DNA of 64,000 nt, from the NCBI GenBank assembly GCA_017531385.1, contig JAFXLD010000043.1, positions 15,681-79,680 on the forward strand, written 5' to 3'. This DNA comes from Clostridia bacterium. GTDB taxonomy: Bacteria; Bacillota; Clostridia; Oscillospirales; Acutalibacteraceae. Shown here in pieces: positions 27,120 to 36,202 of this stretch (the first letter of the stretch is position 1; every line of letters starts with the position of its first letter). Under the pieces are notes generated by a model. That model was not told the DNA's origin, searched no databases, and saw nothing but the letters and a program-made list of their open reading frames with translations. Made by a program: the position numbers and the translations under genes.

Positions 27120-28169
27120 TCACTGTCCTTTTTTTGTCTTGGTCGGGTCGATGGCAAGACTTCTCTTCATAGCAAGTTCTATATCATACGACGGCTTTTT
27201 GTCGTTTTCTGCTTTCGTTGCAGGTTTTTGCATACCGTTTGCAAATTCTTCTGCCGCACGTTCCGCATCTTCTATGGTTTTAAAACCGCTTTCAAACCAT
27301 GAACGCAAAACTCCGTTCATATAGCTGAAACTGATTTTTCCTTTTTTCTCAACGGTTTTTTCATAAGCATGATAAATCATATCAATATTATATGAATAAT
27401 CATTTATCCATATTTCAAGAAACTCTGCTTGTTTAGCTGTCGGTCGGGGATTTTCAACTCCCGTAAGCCGTTTGAATTCTGCCCAGATATTCTGAGCATT
27501 TTCCATTCTCGCAATTTTGTGGCTTGCAGAATCAAAATCAGTTATTCCTTCTTCTGCCCATGATTTACCTATCTGAACTATGTAAGCAATAGCACCTTGT
27601 TTGCCGACAGTTTTTGCATAACTGCACAACATAACGATAACTTCGGCAGGCAGACCGTAATGATCGTGAAGAATCAGCAGGTTTGACTGACCGTCATATC
27701 CTAATGTTCTGCCGAAAACCTCCTGGACTTCATTGAACATCGATGCAACTTCACTTGATTCGTCAAGACGTCTTGCAATATCTTTAATGGATGGCTTTAC
27801 AATAACAACTTTTTCTTTTTCCTGTTTTTCAGGCTTTGTAACAGATTTCTGAACAACAGTAAATGTTGATTTTTCGGCTCTTAACTGCTGTGATGCCGAA
27901 ACAGTTTCGGTCTGCACAGGAACGGGAGCTTCACCGTCTTTCATAACAAGCCCTGCATCTATCCAGTAAAGCATCGCATCATCAATTTCATCCCTGGGTA
28001 TTCCTGTGTCACGGGAAATAACATCAAGGTCAAAGGTTGTATTCGGATTTCTGAACAGCCACAAAAGCACCTTCAGCTGGGCTTTGCCTGCCATACGAAG
28101 ATGCTTGTCTGCAATCTGAGTCGGCAATACAAACACCGACGCATATGAACCTGGATTCACTTTATACAT
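27120..28169 (-). CDS. DnaD-domain replication initiation protein (DnaB/DnaD-like co-loader)
   Basis: 349 aa with a winged-helix-like N-terminus and two DnaD/DnaB_2-type repeats (...YIVQIGKSWAEEGITD... and ...SYMNGVLRSWFESGFKT...). Confidence 0.75.
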   Translation of the reverse strand: MYKVNPGSYASVFVLPTQIADKHLRMAGKAQLKVLLWLFRNPNTTFDLDVISRDTGIPRDEIDDAMLYWIDAGLVMKDGEAPVPVQTETVSASQQLRAEKSTFTVVQKSVTKPEKQEKEKVVIVKPSIKDIARRLDESSEVASMFNEVQEVFGRTLGYDGQSNLLILHDHYGLPAEVIVMLCSYAKTVGKQGAIAYIVQIGKSWAEEGITDFDSASHKIARMENAQNIWAEFKRLTGVENPRPTAKQAEFLEIWINDYSYNIDMIYHAYEKTVEKKGKISFSYMNGVLRSWFESGFKTIEDAERAAEEFANGMQKPATKAENDKKPSYDIELAMKRSLAIDPTKTKKGQ

Positions 28170-28174
28170 AAATA

Positions 28175-28618
28175 TTACTTCTTTCCTGTCGATCCGAAGC
28201 CGCCTTCGCCTCTGTCTGTTTCATCAAGGCAGTCACATTCTTCTGTGGGCATAAGGCTGACGGGCATAATGACCATCTGTGCGATTCTTTCACCGGGTTC
28301 AACTGTATAAGGCTCTGAAAACTGATTTACAAGTCCTACAATAACTTCTCCTCTGTAATCACTGTCCACAACACCTACGCAGTTTGCAGGAGCCAGTCCG
28401 TGATTGATTGAAAGTCCGCTTCTTGCAAAAACAAATGCACCGTAATCAGCAGAAGGTAAAGCAATTGCTATACCTGTGGGAAATTTCACACATTCATGGG
28501 GTTTTACAGTAACAGGTGCATCGATACAGGCATAAAGGTCCATACCTGCACTTCCCTCGGTTGCTCTTTTGGGAACAACAGCATTTTCTCTGATTTTCTT
28601 AATTTTAAGAGTTTCCAT
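28175..28618 (-). CDS. dut: dUTP diphosphatase
   Basis: 147 aa, ...GSAGMDL...RSGL...GVVDSDYRGE...GERIAQ...RGEGGFGSTG. Confidence 0.93.
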   Translation of the reverse strand: METLKIKKIRENAVVPKRATEGSAGMDLYACIDAPVTVKPHECVKFPTGIAIALPSADYGAFVFARSGLSINHGLAPANCVGVVDSDYRGEVIVGLVNQFSEPYTVEPGERIAQMVIMPVSLMPTEECDCLDETDRGEGGFGSTGKK

Positions 28619-28953
28619 CAGAATTCACCGTTTCCGTTTTTCTTAAGCTTTGCCAGCTCTCTTCTGAGCATATCACGTTCACTCTTAGCCTGTGCCGCAT
28701 CTGCAAGGTATTCTTTGAGCTGATGCTTCATATTTTCAGAACTTTCAGAAAGCTTTTTTGCTTCATCTGCATATTCAAGAAGAGCAAGGACAGTTGCCTG
28801 TGTCGGCGAAACAAAACCACCTGCACTCATAATTAAATTGATCTTTTCCTCAATTTCTTTTGCAAGATTTACAGTGTATTCCGGATTATTGTCAGTTGCA
28901 ATAATGTATGGCACTCCGGCAATAGTAATTTTTACTTTTTCCATTTTCATCAT
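28618..28953 (-). CDS. zapA: Cell division protein ZapA
   Basis: 111 aa, KVKITIAGVPYIIATDNNPEYTVNLAKEIEEKI, plus a C-terminal coiled coil. Which of the first ATGs is used is unclear. Confidence 0.8.
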   Translation of the reverse strand: MMKMEKVKITIAGVPYIIATDNNPEYTVNLAKEIEEKINLIMSAGGFVSPTQATVLALLEYADEAKKLSESSENMKHQLKEYLADAAQAKSERDMLRRELAKLKKNGNGEF

Positions 28954-29113
28954 TCCGTATCAAAATTCTTTTAGTTTTACTATTATATCTTTTTTTTCCG
29001 AAAACTTCAACATAAATATTGAAAACAAATATTTTTTTTATATTTTCTCATAAACAATGGAGTATTAACCGAATTATTAATAAAAAATTAAAATCTGTGA
29101 TTTGAAAAAAATA

Positions 29114-29141
29114 TTGACATAACGGTAAATTGTGCTATAAT
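29114..29141 (+). promoter_or_regulatory. SigA-type promoter of the vWA surface-protein gene
   Basis: TTGACA-16 nt-TATAAT, with TGC immediately upstream (extended -10). Confidence 0.6.
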
Positions 29142-29184
29142 TATTATGAACGATCACAATTATAAGCAAATGGAGGTATTTTTT

Positions 29185-30258
29185 ATGAAAAGATCATTCG
29201 CAAAGATCGTATCTGTTGTTCTTGCCCTGATGTTTGCACTCACTGCATTCAGTTGTATGGCAGCAGCAGAAACAACAGTTGTTAAGTGCAATTGCTGTCT
29301 TAACGACACAGGCTCCGCAGGAGATACAATCACAAAATTCCAGGGTCCAAGAGACATTTATCTTGTTCTTGACATTTCAGGAAGCATGAGCGGTGAGCCC
29401 ATGAGTAAGCTCAAGGAAGCTGCAAAAGAATTTTGTAAGACAATGATTGAAGACACAACAGGAGACAACAGAATCGTTATCGTTACTTATAACACAACTG
29501 TAGATTCATATTCTTTCTCAACTGATTATGATGAACTTGCAGCAGTTATAGACGGTTTCAAGGCAAAAGGCAGTACAGCTATGTATGATGCTCTTCTGAC
29601 TGTTAAAGAAATCAGCGAAAAATACGGTAATGCAGATGCTTCAAAGCACGTTGTAGTTATGGCTGACGGTCTTCCCAACGAAGGTGCTGTGCTCACAAGC
29701 GGTAAGTACACATCAAAGGACAGCACAATGTACTACAAACACGGTAATGCTGTATTTTCAACAGCAGCAGGTATGTGGCCTGATTACCTTATCTACTCAA
29801 TCGGTTTCTTCCACAACCTTGGCGGTAGCCAGCTCAGATTCGGTCAGACTCTTATGAAGGATATTCAGAATGCTCTCTATCTTGAAGTTTTCGATCCTGA
29901 TAAGCTTCTTGATGCATTTACAGGTGTTGCTGACGATATCATCGGAAAACCTTGTAACGGATCATGTAAAGGCGAATGCGATTGTGCAAACTGTTCCTGC
30001 ATGCCTAAGGATCCTTGCACAGACGTTACAAAGCCCGACGGAAGTTGTGCTTGTAAAGAAGGTTGTACATGCGGCTTAAATTGTGCATGTGGTGAAAACT
30101 GCACTTGTTCTGAAACAACAGCTCCTTCAACTGCTCCCACAACAAAGCCCAACAATTCAATTCCCCAGACAGGTGAATCATTTGCAGGTGTTGCAATTGC
30201 AGCAGTTGTTATGCTTGCAGGTATTGCAGTTGTAGCAACAAAAAAACGTGAAGATTAA
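29185..30258 (+). CDS. Cell-wall-sorted von Willebrand factor A protein with a Cys-rich stalk (sortase substrate)
   Basis: 357 aa from MKRSFAKIV (GGAGG SD). It has a signal peptide and a vWA MIDAS motif, DISGSMSG. There are 15 Cys in 52 residues (29953-30108). The C-terminal sorting signal is IPQTG (30160-30174), then a hydrophobic helix and KKRED. Confidence 0.85.
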   Translation: MKRSFAKIVSVVLALMFALTAFSCMAAAETTVVKCNCCLNDTGSAGDTITKFQGPRDIYLVLDISGSMSGEPMSKLKEAAKEFCKTMIEDTTGDNRIVIVTYNTTVDSYSFSTDYDELAAVIDGFKAKGSTAMYDALLTVKEISEKYGNADASKHVVVMADGLPNEGAVLTSGKYTSKDSTMYYKHGNAVFSTAAGMWPDYLIYSIGFFHNLGGSQLRFGQTLMKDIQNALYLEVFDPDKLLDAFTGVADDIIGKPCNGSCKGECDCANCSCMPKDPCTDVTKPDGSCACKEGCTCGLNCACGENCTCSETTAPSTAPTTKPNNSIPQTGESFAGVAIAAVVMLAGIAVVATKKRED

Positions 30259-30273
30259 TTCATAATGTTTTCA

Positions 30274-30301
30274 AGCACTCGCTTATGCGGGTGCTTTTTT
30301 T
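30274..30301 (+). terminator. Intrinsic terminator after the vWA gene
   Basis: AGCACTCGC-TTAT-GCGGGTGCT followed by TTTTTTT. Confidence 0.75.
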
Positions 30302-30480
30302 GTCCCCTTTTTACAAATCTCGTTATTGTGCACATATTGTAATAAAATATTACTATATATTTCTTATTTATTTTTTTATTTAATACTTGTACATTACACT
30401 ATATTTGTGTTATACTATGATGAGTATTGTTATAAGTATAACTGTATTCTTTATTAATTTTTCCCTCAGAGTTGATAATA

Positions 30481-30972
30481 ATGAAAAATTATGCTGAGAC
30501 AGCAGTAAACCTGCTGAAAACAAATAAACTGAAAATTACAACTGCCGAATCATGTACAGGTGGTCTTATTTCAAAAATGATCACTGATGTAAGCGGTTCA
30601 TCAGAAGTTTTTGATTGCGGAATAGTATCATATTCAAATGAAATAAAAATGTCCGTTCTCGGAGTAAAGGAAGAAACACTTTCCCTTTACGGAGCTGTCA
30701 GTGAACAAACGGTAAGAGAAATGTCAGAAGGTGCATTAAGAATATCCGGCGCAGATATTTCGGTTGCTGTCAGCGGTATTGCAGGTCCTTTTTCAGACTC
30801 AACAAACAAACCTGTGGGACTTATTTTTATCGCCGTTAACTATAACAATAAAATCACTGTAAAAAAACTAAACAATCAATTTGATGTAAACATAAGAGAA
30901 AACAACAGAAATTCTGCAGCAAACGAAGCTTTGGGGCTCGTTTGCGATGTTCTCAACAATAAGGCGGTGTAA
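30481..30972 (+). CDS. pncC: CinA C-terminal-domain protein / nicotinamide-nucleotide amidohydrolase PncC-like
   Basis: 163 aa from MKNYAETAV, with the signature TTAESCTGGLISKMITDVSGSS and VAVSGIAGP. Confidence 0.85.
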   Translation: MKNYAETAVNLLKTNKLKITTAESCTGGLISKMITDVSGSSEVFDCGIVSYSNEIKMSVLGVKEETLSLYGAVSEQTVREMSEGALRISGADISVAVSGIAGPFSDSTNKPVGLIFIAVNYNNKITVKKLNNQFDVNIRENNRNSAANEALGLVCDVLNNKAV

Positions 30973-30978
30973 AAAATC

Positions 30979-32145
30979 ATGGAAGAAAACAAGAACGGTA
31001 ATCCCGTAAGAAACACACCAATAGCAAGATCAGGCGTAAAAAAAGATACTGACAATGCTTCCGGAGATATTTTCAGTGCTGTCTACAGGGAGAAAAAAAA
31101 TCAGAACGAACAAGAAAAAATTGAGGCACAGAAGATAGCTGATCAACAAGCTGCCGTGGCTCAGCAAATTAAAACAGTTTCTGCTGCCGGGAAAAATGAT
31201 GATAACAATAAAAAATTCAAGCCTGTTTTTATCTTATTGATTATAATTACAGTTGTGCTTTTTCTTATTTCAGGTGTTTATCTGGCATTATCTTTCCTTG
31301 GCAAAGATCCTGTTTCTGACAATAATTCAGATGATTCTGTGGCAAACACAATCAGCGCAACACTCTCCTCTCCCTTTGAATATCAGCGTCTTTACGGAAC
31401 AGATTTTCCTGAAGGGATACAGGATAAATATAAGCTTCTTTATGCACAGAATCAGGATTTTGTCGGTTGGCTCAATGTCCCGAATACAAGTATTGATATG
31501 CCGGTTTACAAGTGCTCAAACAACGATTACTACTTAAAGCATGATAATTACGATACTTACACAAAATACGGCACACTCTTTATGGACAAGGAAAATAACC
31601 CTCTCAATCTTACCCGTAACACAACCATTTACGGTCACAACTTTGATAATAAGTTGATTTTTGATGAACTTCATAATTATCAGGATCCGGAATTCTTCAA
31701 ACAATCTCCTGTCATAGAATTCAACACTCTTTATAAAGACTATAAATGGAAAGTCATCGCAGCTTTCCACACAAACGGTAGTTCTGAAGGTGATAACGGT
31801 TATCTGTTCTATTACATCGCATCTGATTTCGGAAACAACAGTTTCATGAAATTTTACGATGAATTACAGCAGCGCAGTTATATACATACAGGTGTTGATG
31901 TACAGCCTACAGATAAAGTGCTCACTCTTTCAACCTGTACATATTTCTTTGACAGAAACGGTGCACTTGAAAATGCAAGATTTGTGGTTATTGCAAGACT
32001 TGTCCGTGACGGCGAAAGCGAAGAAGTTGATACAAGCCTGGTAACAAAAAATAACAATGTCCGCTATCCTCAGCTTTATTTTGATGTTTTCGGCGGTACA
32101 AACCCATGGAGAAACTCATCAAAATGGATACCTGAAATCAACTAA
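30979..32145 (+). CDS. Sortase, class B-like, with about 85-aa N-terminal extension and TM anchor
   Basis: 388 aa with TM FKPVFILLIIITVVLFLISGVYLALSFL. Catalytic His in TTIYGHNF, Cys in LTLSTCTY, Arg in RFVVIARLVRDGE. Confidence 0.8.
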   Translation: MEENKNGNPVRNTPIARSGVKKDTDNASGDIFSAVYREKKNQNEQEKIEAQKIADQQAAVAQQIKTVSAAGKNDDNNKKFKPVFILLIIITVVLFLISGVYLALSFLGKDPVSDNNSDDSVANTISATLSSPFEYQRLYGTDFPEGIQDKYKLLYAQNQDFVGWLNVPNTSIDMPVYKCSNNDYYLKHDNYDTYTKYGTLFMDKENNPLNLTRNTTIYGHNFDNKLIFDELHNYQDPEFFKQSPVIEFNTLYKDYKWKVIAAFHTNGSSEGDNGYLFYYIASDFGNNSFMKFYDELQQRSYIHTGVDVQPTDKVLTLSTCTYFFDRNGALENARFVVIARLVRDGESEEVDTSLVTKNNNVRYPQLYFDVFGGTNPWRNSSKWIPEIN

Positions 32146-32174
32146 TGAATTTTACCCGAAAGGAAGATAATGAT

Positions 32175-33782
32175 ATGGCAGATTTTGATAATAACAAGCC
32201 GGCAGCAACATCTGATAATGGCAGTGATATCATATCTGATCTTGATGCGTTATCAAAAAAATACGGTATATCATCCGGTGCATCTGTTTCCGGTTCAAGG
32301 CCTGTAAACACCGGCAGCCCGAGAGCTTATACTCCGCCAAAAAACAACAATCCTGCAAGAACTCCGAGAATCGTCTATGATTCTGATATTCCCGGTGGTG
32401 GCGTAAGAATTGTTTACGGTAATGAAGATGATATGCCCAAAGGACCTGAAGGAAGAAGAGTTATATATTCCGAATCCGAAAGCGAATCCATTGCGGAAAA
32501 AAGACGCCGTAATGCTCAGCGCTCAGCAAAAGGTTCACAGGGATTCGGCAGTCAGCCTTATGTAAGACACGTGGCAAGCAGTCCTGCTGCAATAAAGCGT
32601 GACGATGAAGAAGCTTTTTCGAGAGCATATAAAACAAAAAAAGAAAACGAACCTGAAACAAAAACTGAAATAAAAGATACTCCCATCACAGAATCAAAGG
32701 GAAAACTTGTTGCTACAAATCCCGATTATGATAAGAAAAAAAATTCAGTTCATATGCATTATGAAAAAACAGCGGGTGAAAAAGCGGCATCATTTTTCAA
32801 AGCATTCATTCCCTGGAAGGGTGATGATGCAAAAGAAGTCATCCGAAAAATAATAATGAATGTTTCAGCAATTCTTGTTCTTCTTTGTTTCGGATATTTC
32901 ATTGACAACTACATTAAGCATCAGGATGAATTACAGAAACAGGAAGAAATTAAAAACAACATTCCTGAAGTAGAAACTGTTGATGATCTTGAAGCAAAAT
33001 GGGCAGAAAAAAAAGCAATGTACCCTGATGTTGTATTTCCTGAAGGAATGAATATCAAATGGGCAGATCTTTATGCAAAGAATCAGGATCTGATCGGTTG
33101 GTTAAAAATTGATAACACAAATATTGATTCAGCTGTAATGCACACACCTTCTGATAAAGACAACAATAATGAAGATTTCTATCTGAGAAGAAATTTCTAC
33201 AAAAAAGACGATAAATACGGCACACCGTATCTTGAAAAACACAATACAGGCAAATCTCTTGACTGGAATAACACAATTTATGGTCACAATATGATGGACG
33301 GATTGTCCTTTGCACAGCTCGAAAAATATTACACAATTGACGGTTTCAAACAGTCCCCTATTATAAAATACAGCACGATTTATGAAGATTATTATTTTAA
33401 AGTGTATGCTGCATTCATAACAAACGGCTATCCGTCAGGTGATAACGGTTATCTTTTCAATTATAATATGGCTCATTTTCCGTCCGTTGCAAACTATGAA
33501 AAATTTATAGAAGCAATTGATGAAAGAAAACTCTACGACACCGGTGTGGACATCAATAAAGAAGACAAACTTCTTATATTGTCTACATGTTCATATGAGA
33601 TTAAGAAAACAGATATGGGCAGACTTGCTGTTGTGGGAAGACTTGTGAGACCCGGCGAAAGCATTTCTGTTGACACATCAAAAGCTGTTGTAAACGATAA
33701 TATACGTTATCCTCAAATATGGTATGATGAACATAATATGAGTAATCCTTATGCAAATTCATATCAATGGATCCCCGAATAA
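32175..33782 (+). CDS. Sortase, class B-like paralog, with about 225-aa low-complexity N-terminal extension
   Basis: Catalytic His in NTIYGHNMMDG, Cys in LILSTCSYE, Arg in RLAVVGRLVRPGE. TM helix IIMNVSAILVLLCFGYFI. Start placed at MADFDNNK (AAGGAAG 8 nt upstream). The ATG at 32145, which overlaps the upstream stop, is an alternative. Confidence 0.78.
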   Translation: MADFDNNKPAATSDNGSDIISDLDALSKKYGISSGASVSGSRPVNTGSPRAYTPPKNNNPARTPRIVYDSDIPGGGVRIVYGNEDDMPKGPEGRRVIYSESESESIAEKRRRNAQRSAKGSQGFGSQPYVRHVASSPAAIKRDDEEAFSRAYKTKKENEPETKTEIKDTPITESKGKLVATNPDYDKKKNSVHMHYEKTAGEKAASFFKAFIPWKGDDAKEVIRKIIMNVSAILVLLCFGYFIDNYIKHQDELQKQEEIKNNIPEVETVDDLEAKWAEKKAMYPDVVFPEGMNIKWADLYAKNQDLIGWLKIDNTNIDSAVMHTPSDKDNNNEDFYLRRNFYKKDDKYGTPYLEKHNTGKSLDWNNTIYGHNMMDGLSFAQLEKYYTIDGFKQSPIIKYSTIYEDYYFKVYAAFITNGYPSGDNGYLFNYNMAHFPSVANYEKFIEAIDERKLYDTGVDINKEDKLLILSTCSYEIKKTDMGRLAVVGRLVRPGESISVDTSKAVVNDNIRYPQIWYDEHNMSNPYANSYQWIPE

Positions 33783-33801
33783 ACAGGAGAGTTTTTATAG
33801 C

Positions 33802-34878
33802 ATGAAAATCAAGACAATTATTTTTTCCGATACAAATACTCCGTCATTTACTCATCTTGAAAGCGTAATTGCTGATGCATTCACTTCCATCACCGCAGCT
33901 GACAATATTTCATCTTCTGTTCACAGCACTGTTCAGAGCGGTCTTCCCGAAATTGCAGTAGCATTAAAAACCAATAATATGATCTTCATTTATGCAGATG
34001 AGAAGATATATCATGAAGCAAAACGAAGCATCTGCAAAGCTTTCAAGTTTGAAATGATTCACGCTGATGCTGTTCTTGAGAATCTGAAAAACCTTGAAAA
34101 TTCAGAGAGATATATGCTTCATGCACTTATGCCTAAAAATGCAACCGCATTCCCTCTTTCTGACGGTTTGTTTCCCGGTTTTGCGGTCAGATCAAAAACA
34201 CAGTGCATATTTTTCATGCCGTTTTCAGAAGACAGAACTTTTATCACAATGAAGAAGTATGTTTTTCCGTATATAAGCAGAGTTTACGGTGCACATCTGC
34301 CGGCATTCAATGAACATGAAACTGCATATGCAGCTGCAATACTTGAAGCTCACCTAAAAGAAAACGCTGTTCAGATAGCAATTGCAAATACTCCGATTTG
34401 CAAATACATTGCCCATGCAGGAAAAAAGATTGACTGCTTCGCTGATTATATTTCCTATGCTCCCTATGAATCTGACAAACAGGCAAAAACGGCAGATCGT
34501 CTTTCAGCCGTAAAAGCAGCCGAATATTACGAATGTCAATTCGGTGCATCAGTTGTTGAAAATGAAAAAGATGAAAACGGAAATTTCACCGCAACAATTA
34601 CAATTTCCAACAGAAAAACAGCAAAAATCAGATCGTTATCATCAATCAAAGATGAATCTCATGAAGACTTCATAACAACAGTTGTTACCGAGTTTTTCCT
34701 CATGCTGGCTCAGGAAATTTCAGAAACTCCCGCTATGACTCAGGAAGAACTCAAGCATATAAGACCGACTCCCGCCATACACGGTGCACATATTGCTCTT
34801 TACATTATTCTTTTTGCTACAACATTCTTCCTTACATATGTTGCAGCTTCGTTCTCAAATCTTACACTGTTCTCATAA
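33802..34878 (+). CDS. Hypothetical membrane-anchored protein, degenerate CinA-like
   Basis: 358 aa from MKIKTIIFSD (AGGAG SD). ALMPKNATAFPLSDGLFPGFAVRSKTQCIFFMPFSED resembles the CinA N-terminal (MoCF-type) domain. It has a C-terminal TM helix. The ESCTGG active-site signature is absent. The similarity was judged by eye. Confidence 0.5.
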   Translation: MKIKTIIFSDTNTPSFTHLESVIADAFTSITAADNISSSVHSTVQSGLPEIAVALKTNNMIFIYADEKIYHEAKRSICKAFKFEMIHADAVLENLKNLENSERYMLHALMPKNATAFPLSDGLFPGFAVRSKTQCIFFMPFSEDRTFITMKKYVFPYISRVYGAHLPAFNEHETAYAAAILEAHLKENAVQIAIANTPICKYIAHAGKKIDCFADYISYAPYESDKQAKTADRLSAVKAAEYYECQFGASVVENEKDENGNFTATITISNRKTAKIRSLSSIKDESHEDFITTVVTEFFLMLAQEISETPAMTQEELKHIRPTPAIHGAHIALYIILFATTFFLTYVAASFSNLTLFS

Positions 34879-34884
34879 AGTATT

Positions 34885-36186
34885 ATGCGAAAAATAAACA
34901 AGTACGTTCTTTTGGGACACATCGGAAAATTCCTTATATTCGTTCCTCTTGTTCTGACCTTTGCTGTAGTGAGTATAACTTCTGATTATCAGGCTGCAAT
35001 AACTGTAAAAAAAGGTGACATGAACGGCGACGGCATCATTTCTTCGACTGATATCAACATGATTATGGCGTACTCCTCGAATCAGACATCTGAAATATCA
35101 GATCTCGACTTCAGAAAAGCTGATATGGATGCTGACGGAATTATCACGGCAAAGGATGCTTATCTGGCAAATAATCTTATATCATCTTCGGTTGTCATTA
35201 AATATGAGGAAGAAGATGTGCCCACAACTGCTCCCCTTGTGAACAATAACTTCACTTCAACCGGAGCTGTTCCTGTTGTCAGCGAAAACGGCGCATACAA
35301 CGTAATAAGCAATCAGAAAATGTATATCTATCCCGACCTGACACAGGTTATGCAGATGCGTGATACATTTGTAATAATTGCGTTCGGTTGGGGTCACGGT
35401 GTCGGCATGAGCCAATGGGGTGCTGTGGGACTTGCCAGAGCAGGATATTCATACATTCAGATAGTTCAGCATTATTATCAGGGTGTCATGATTATGAAGG
35501 AGCAATACCCTGCAACCGTCCGCTGTGCAGGACGGAATGTTGACACTGTTGAGATGCTTGCAAGAATCGTTCAGCAGGAAATTTCGGGTATTACAAAAAG
35601 AAATGACCCCGTTGATATGAATGCTCTCAGAGCTCAGGCTGTTGCAGCATATACCAATATGAAATTCAGCGACTATTCAGTCAGCGGTTGTTCATATGTA
35701 AACTCATATTCTGCTTGCCGTGACGATGTAAAGGCTGTTGCAAAAGAAATTGCAGGACAGTATATGCTTTTCAACGGAAAAGTTCCTTACGCTTATTATT
35801 CTGCGTGCTCTGCAGGTGTTGCAGCGACTTACAGAGATGTCTGGGGCAGCACATCACGAGATATGTCTTATCTTACAAATTCAGCATCATATTATGACTG
35901 CTACACAGACGGATACATTTCTGCCACTGCATACACTCCTGATGCAATAAAAAATTATATTCTTTCTTATGACCCGTCAATAATGTTATCAAATAATCCT
36001 GCAGATTGGATTAGAATACTCAGTCATGACGATGCCGTAAATGAAAATATCGGTTATGTTTCGTCAATGCAGATCGGAAACAGAACATTCTCTGAAGCTG
36101 CAGGTATAACATTCAGGGACAAAATAATGAAATACAATGTAAAATCTCCGTGTTTTGCAATAATTTATAACGGACAATATTTATAA
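34885..36186 (+). CDS. SpoIID/LytB-domain protein with an N-terminal dockerin
   Basis: 433 aa with an N-terminal anchor helix. Dockerin loops are [18 protein letters not shown] / [18 protein letters not shown]. SpoIID signatures are [37 protein letters not shown] and [18 protein letters not shown]. Confidence 0.8.
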   Translation: MRKINKYVLLGHIGKFLIFVPLVLTFAVVSITSDYQAAITVKKGDMNGDGIISSTDINMIMAYSSNQTSEISDLDFRKADMDADGIITAKDAYLANNLISSSVVIKYEEEDVPTTAPLVNNNFTSTGAVPVVSENGAYNVISNQKMYIYPDLTQVMQMRDTFVIIAFGWGHGVGMSQWGAVGLARAGYSYIQIVQHYYQGVMIMKEQYPATVRCAGRNVDTVEMLARIVQQEISGITKRNDPVDMNALRAQAVAAYTNMKFSDYSVSGCSYVNSYSACRDDVKAVAKEIAGQYMLFNGKVPYAYYSACSAGVAATYRDVWGSTSRDMSYLTNSASYYDCYTDGYISATAYTPDAIKNYILSYDPSIMLSNNPADWIRILSHDDAVNENIGYVSSMQIGNRTFSEAAGITFRDKIMKYNVKSPCFAIIYNGQYL

Positions 36187-36202
36187 AGGAAAGGTGTTTT
36201 TT

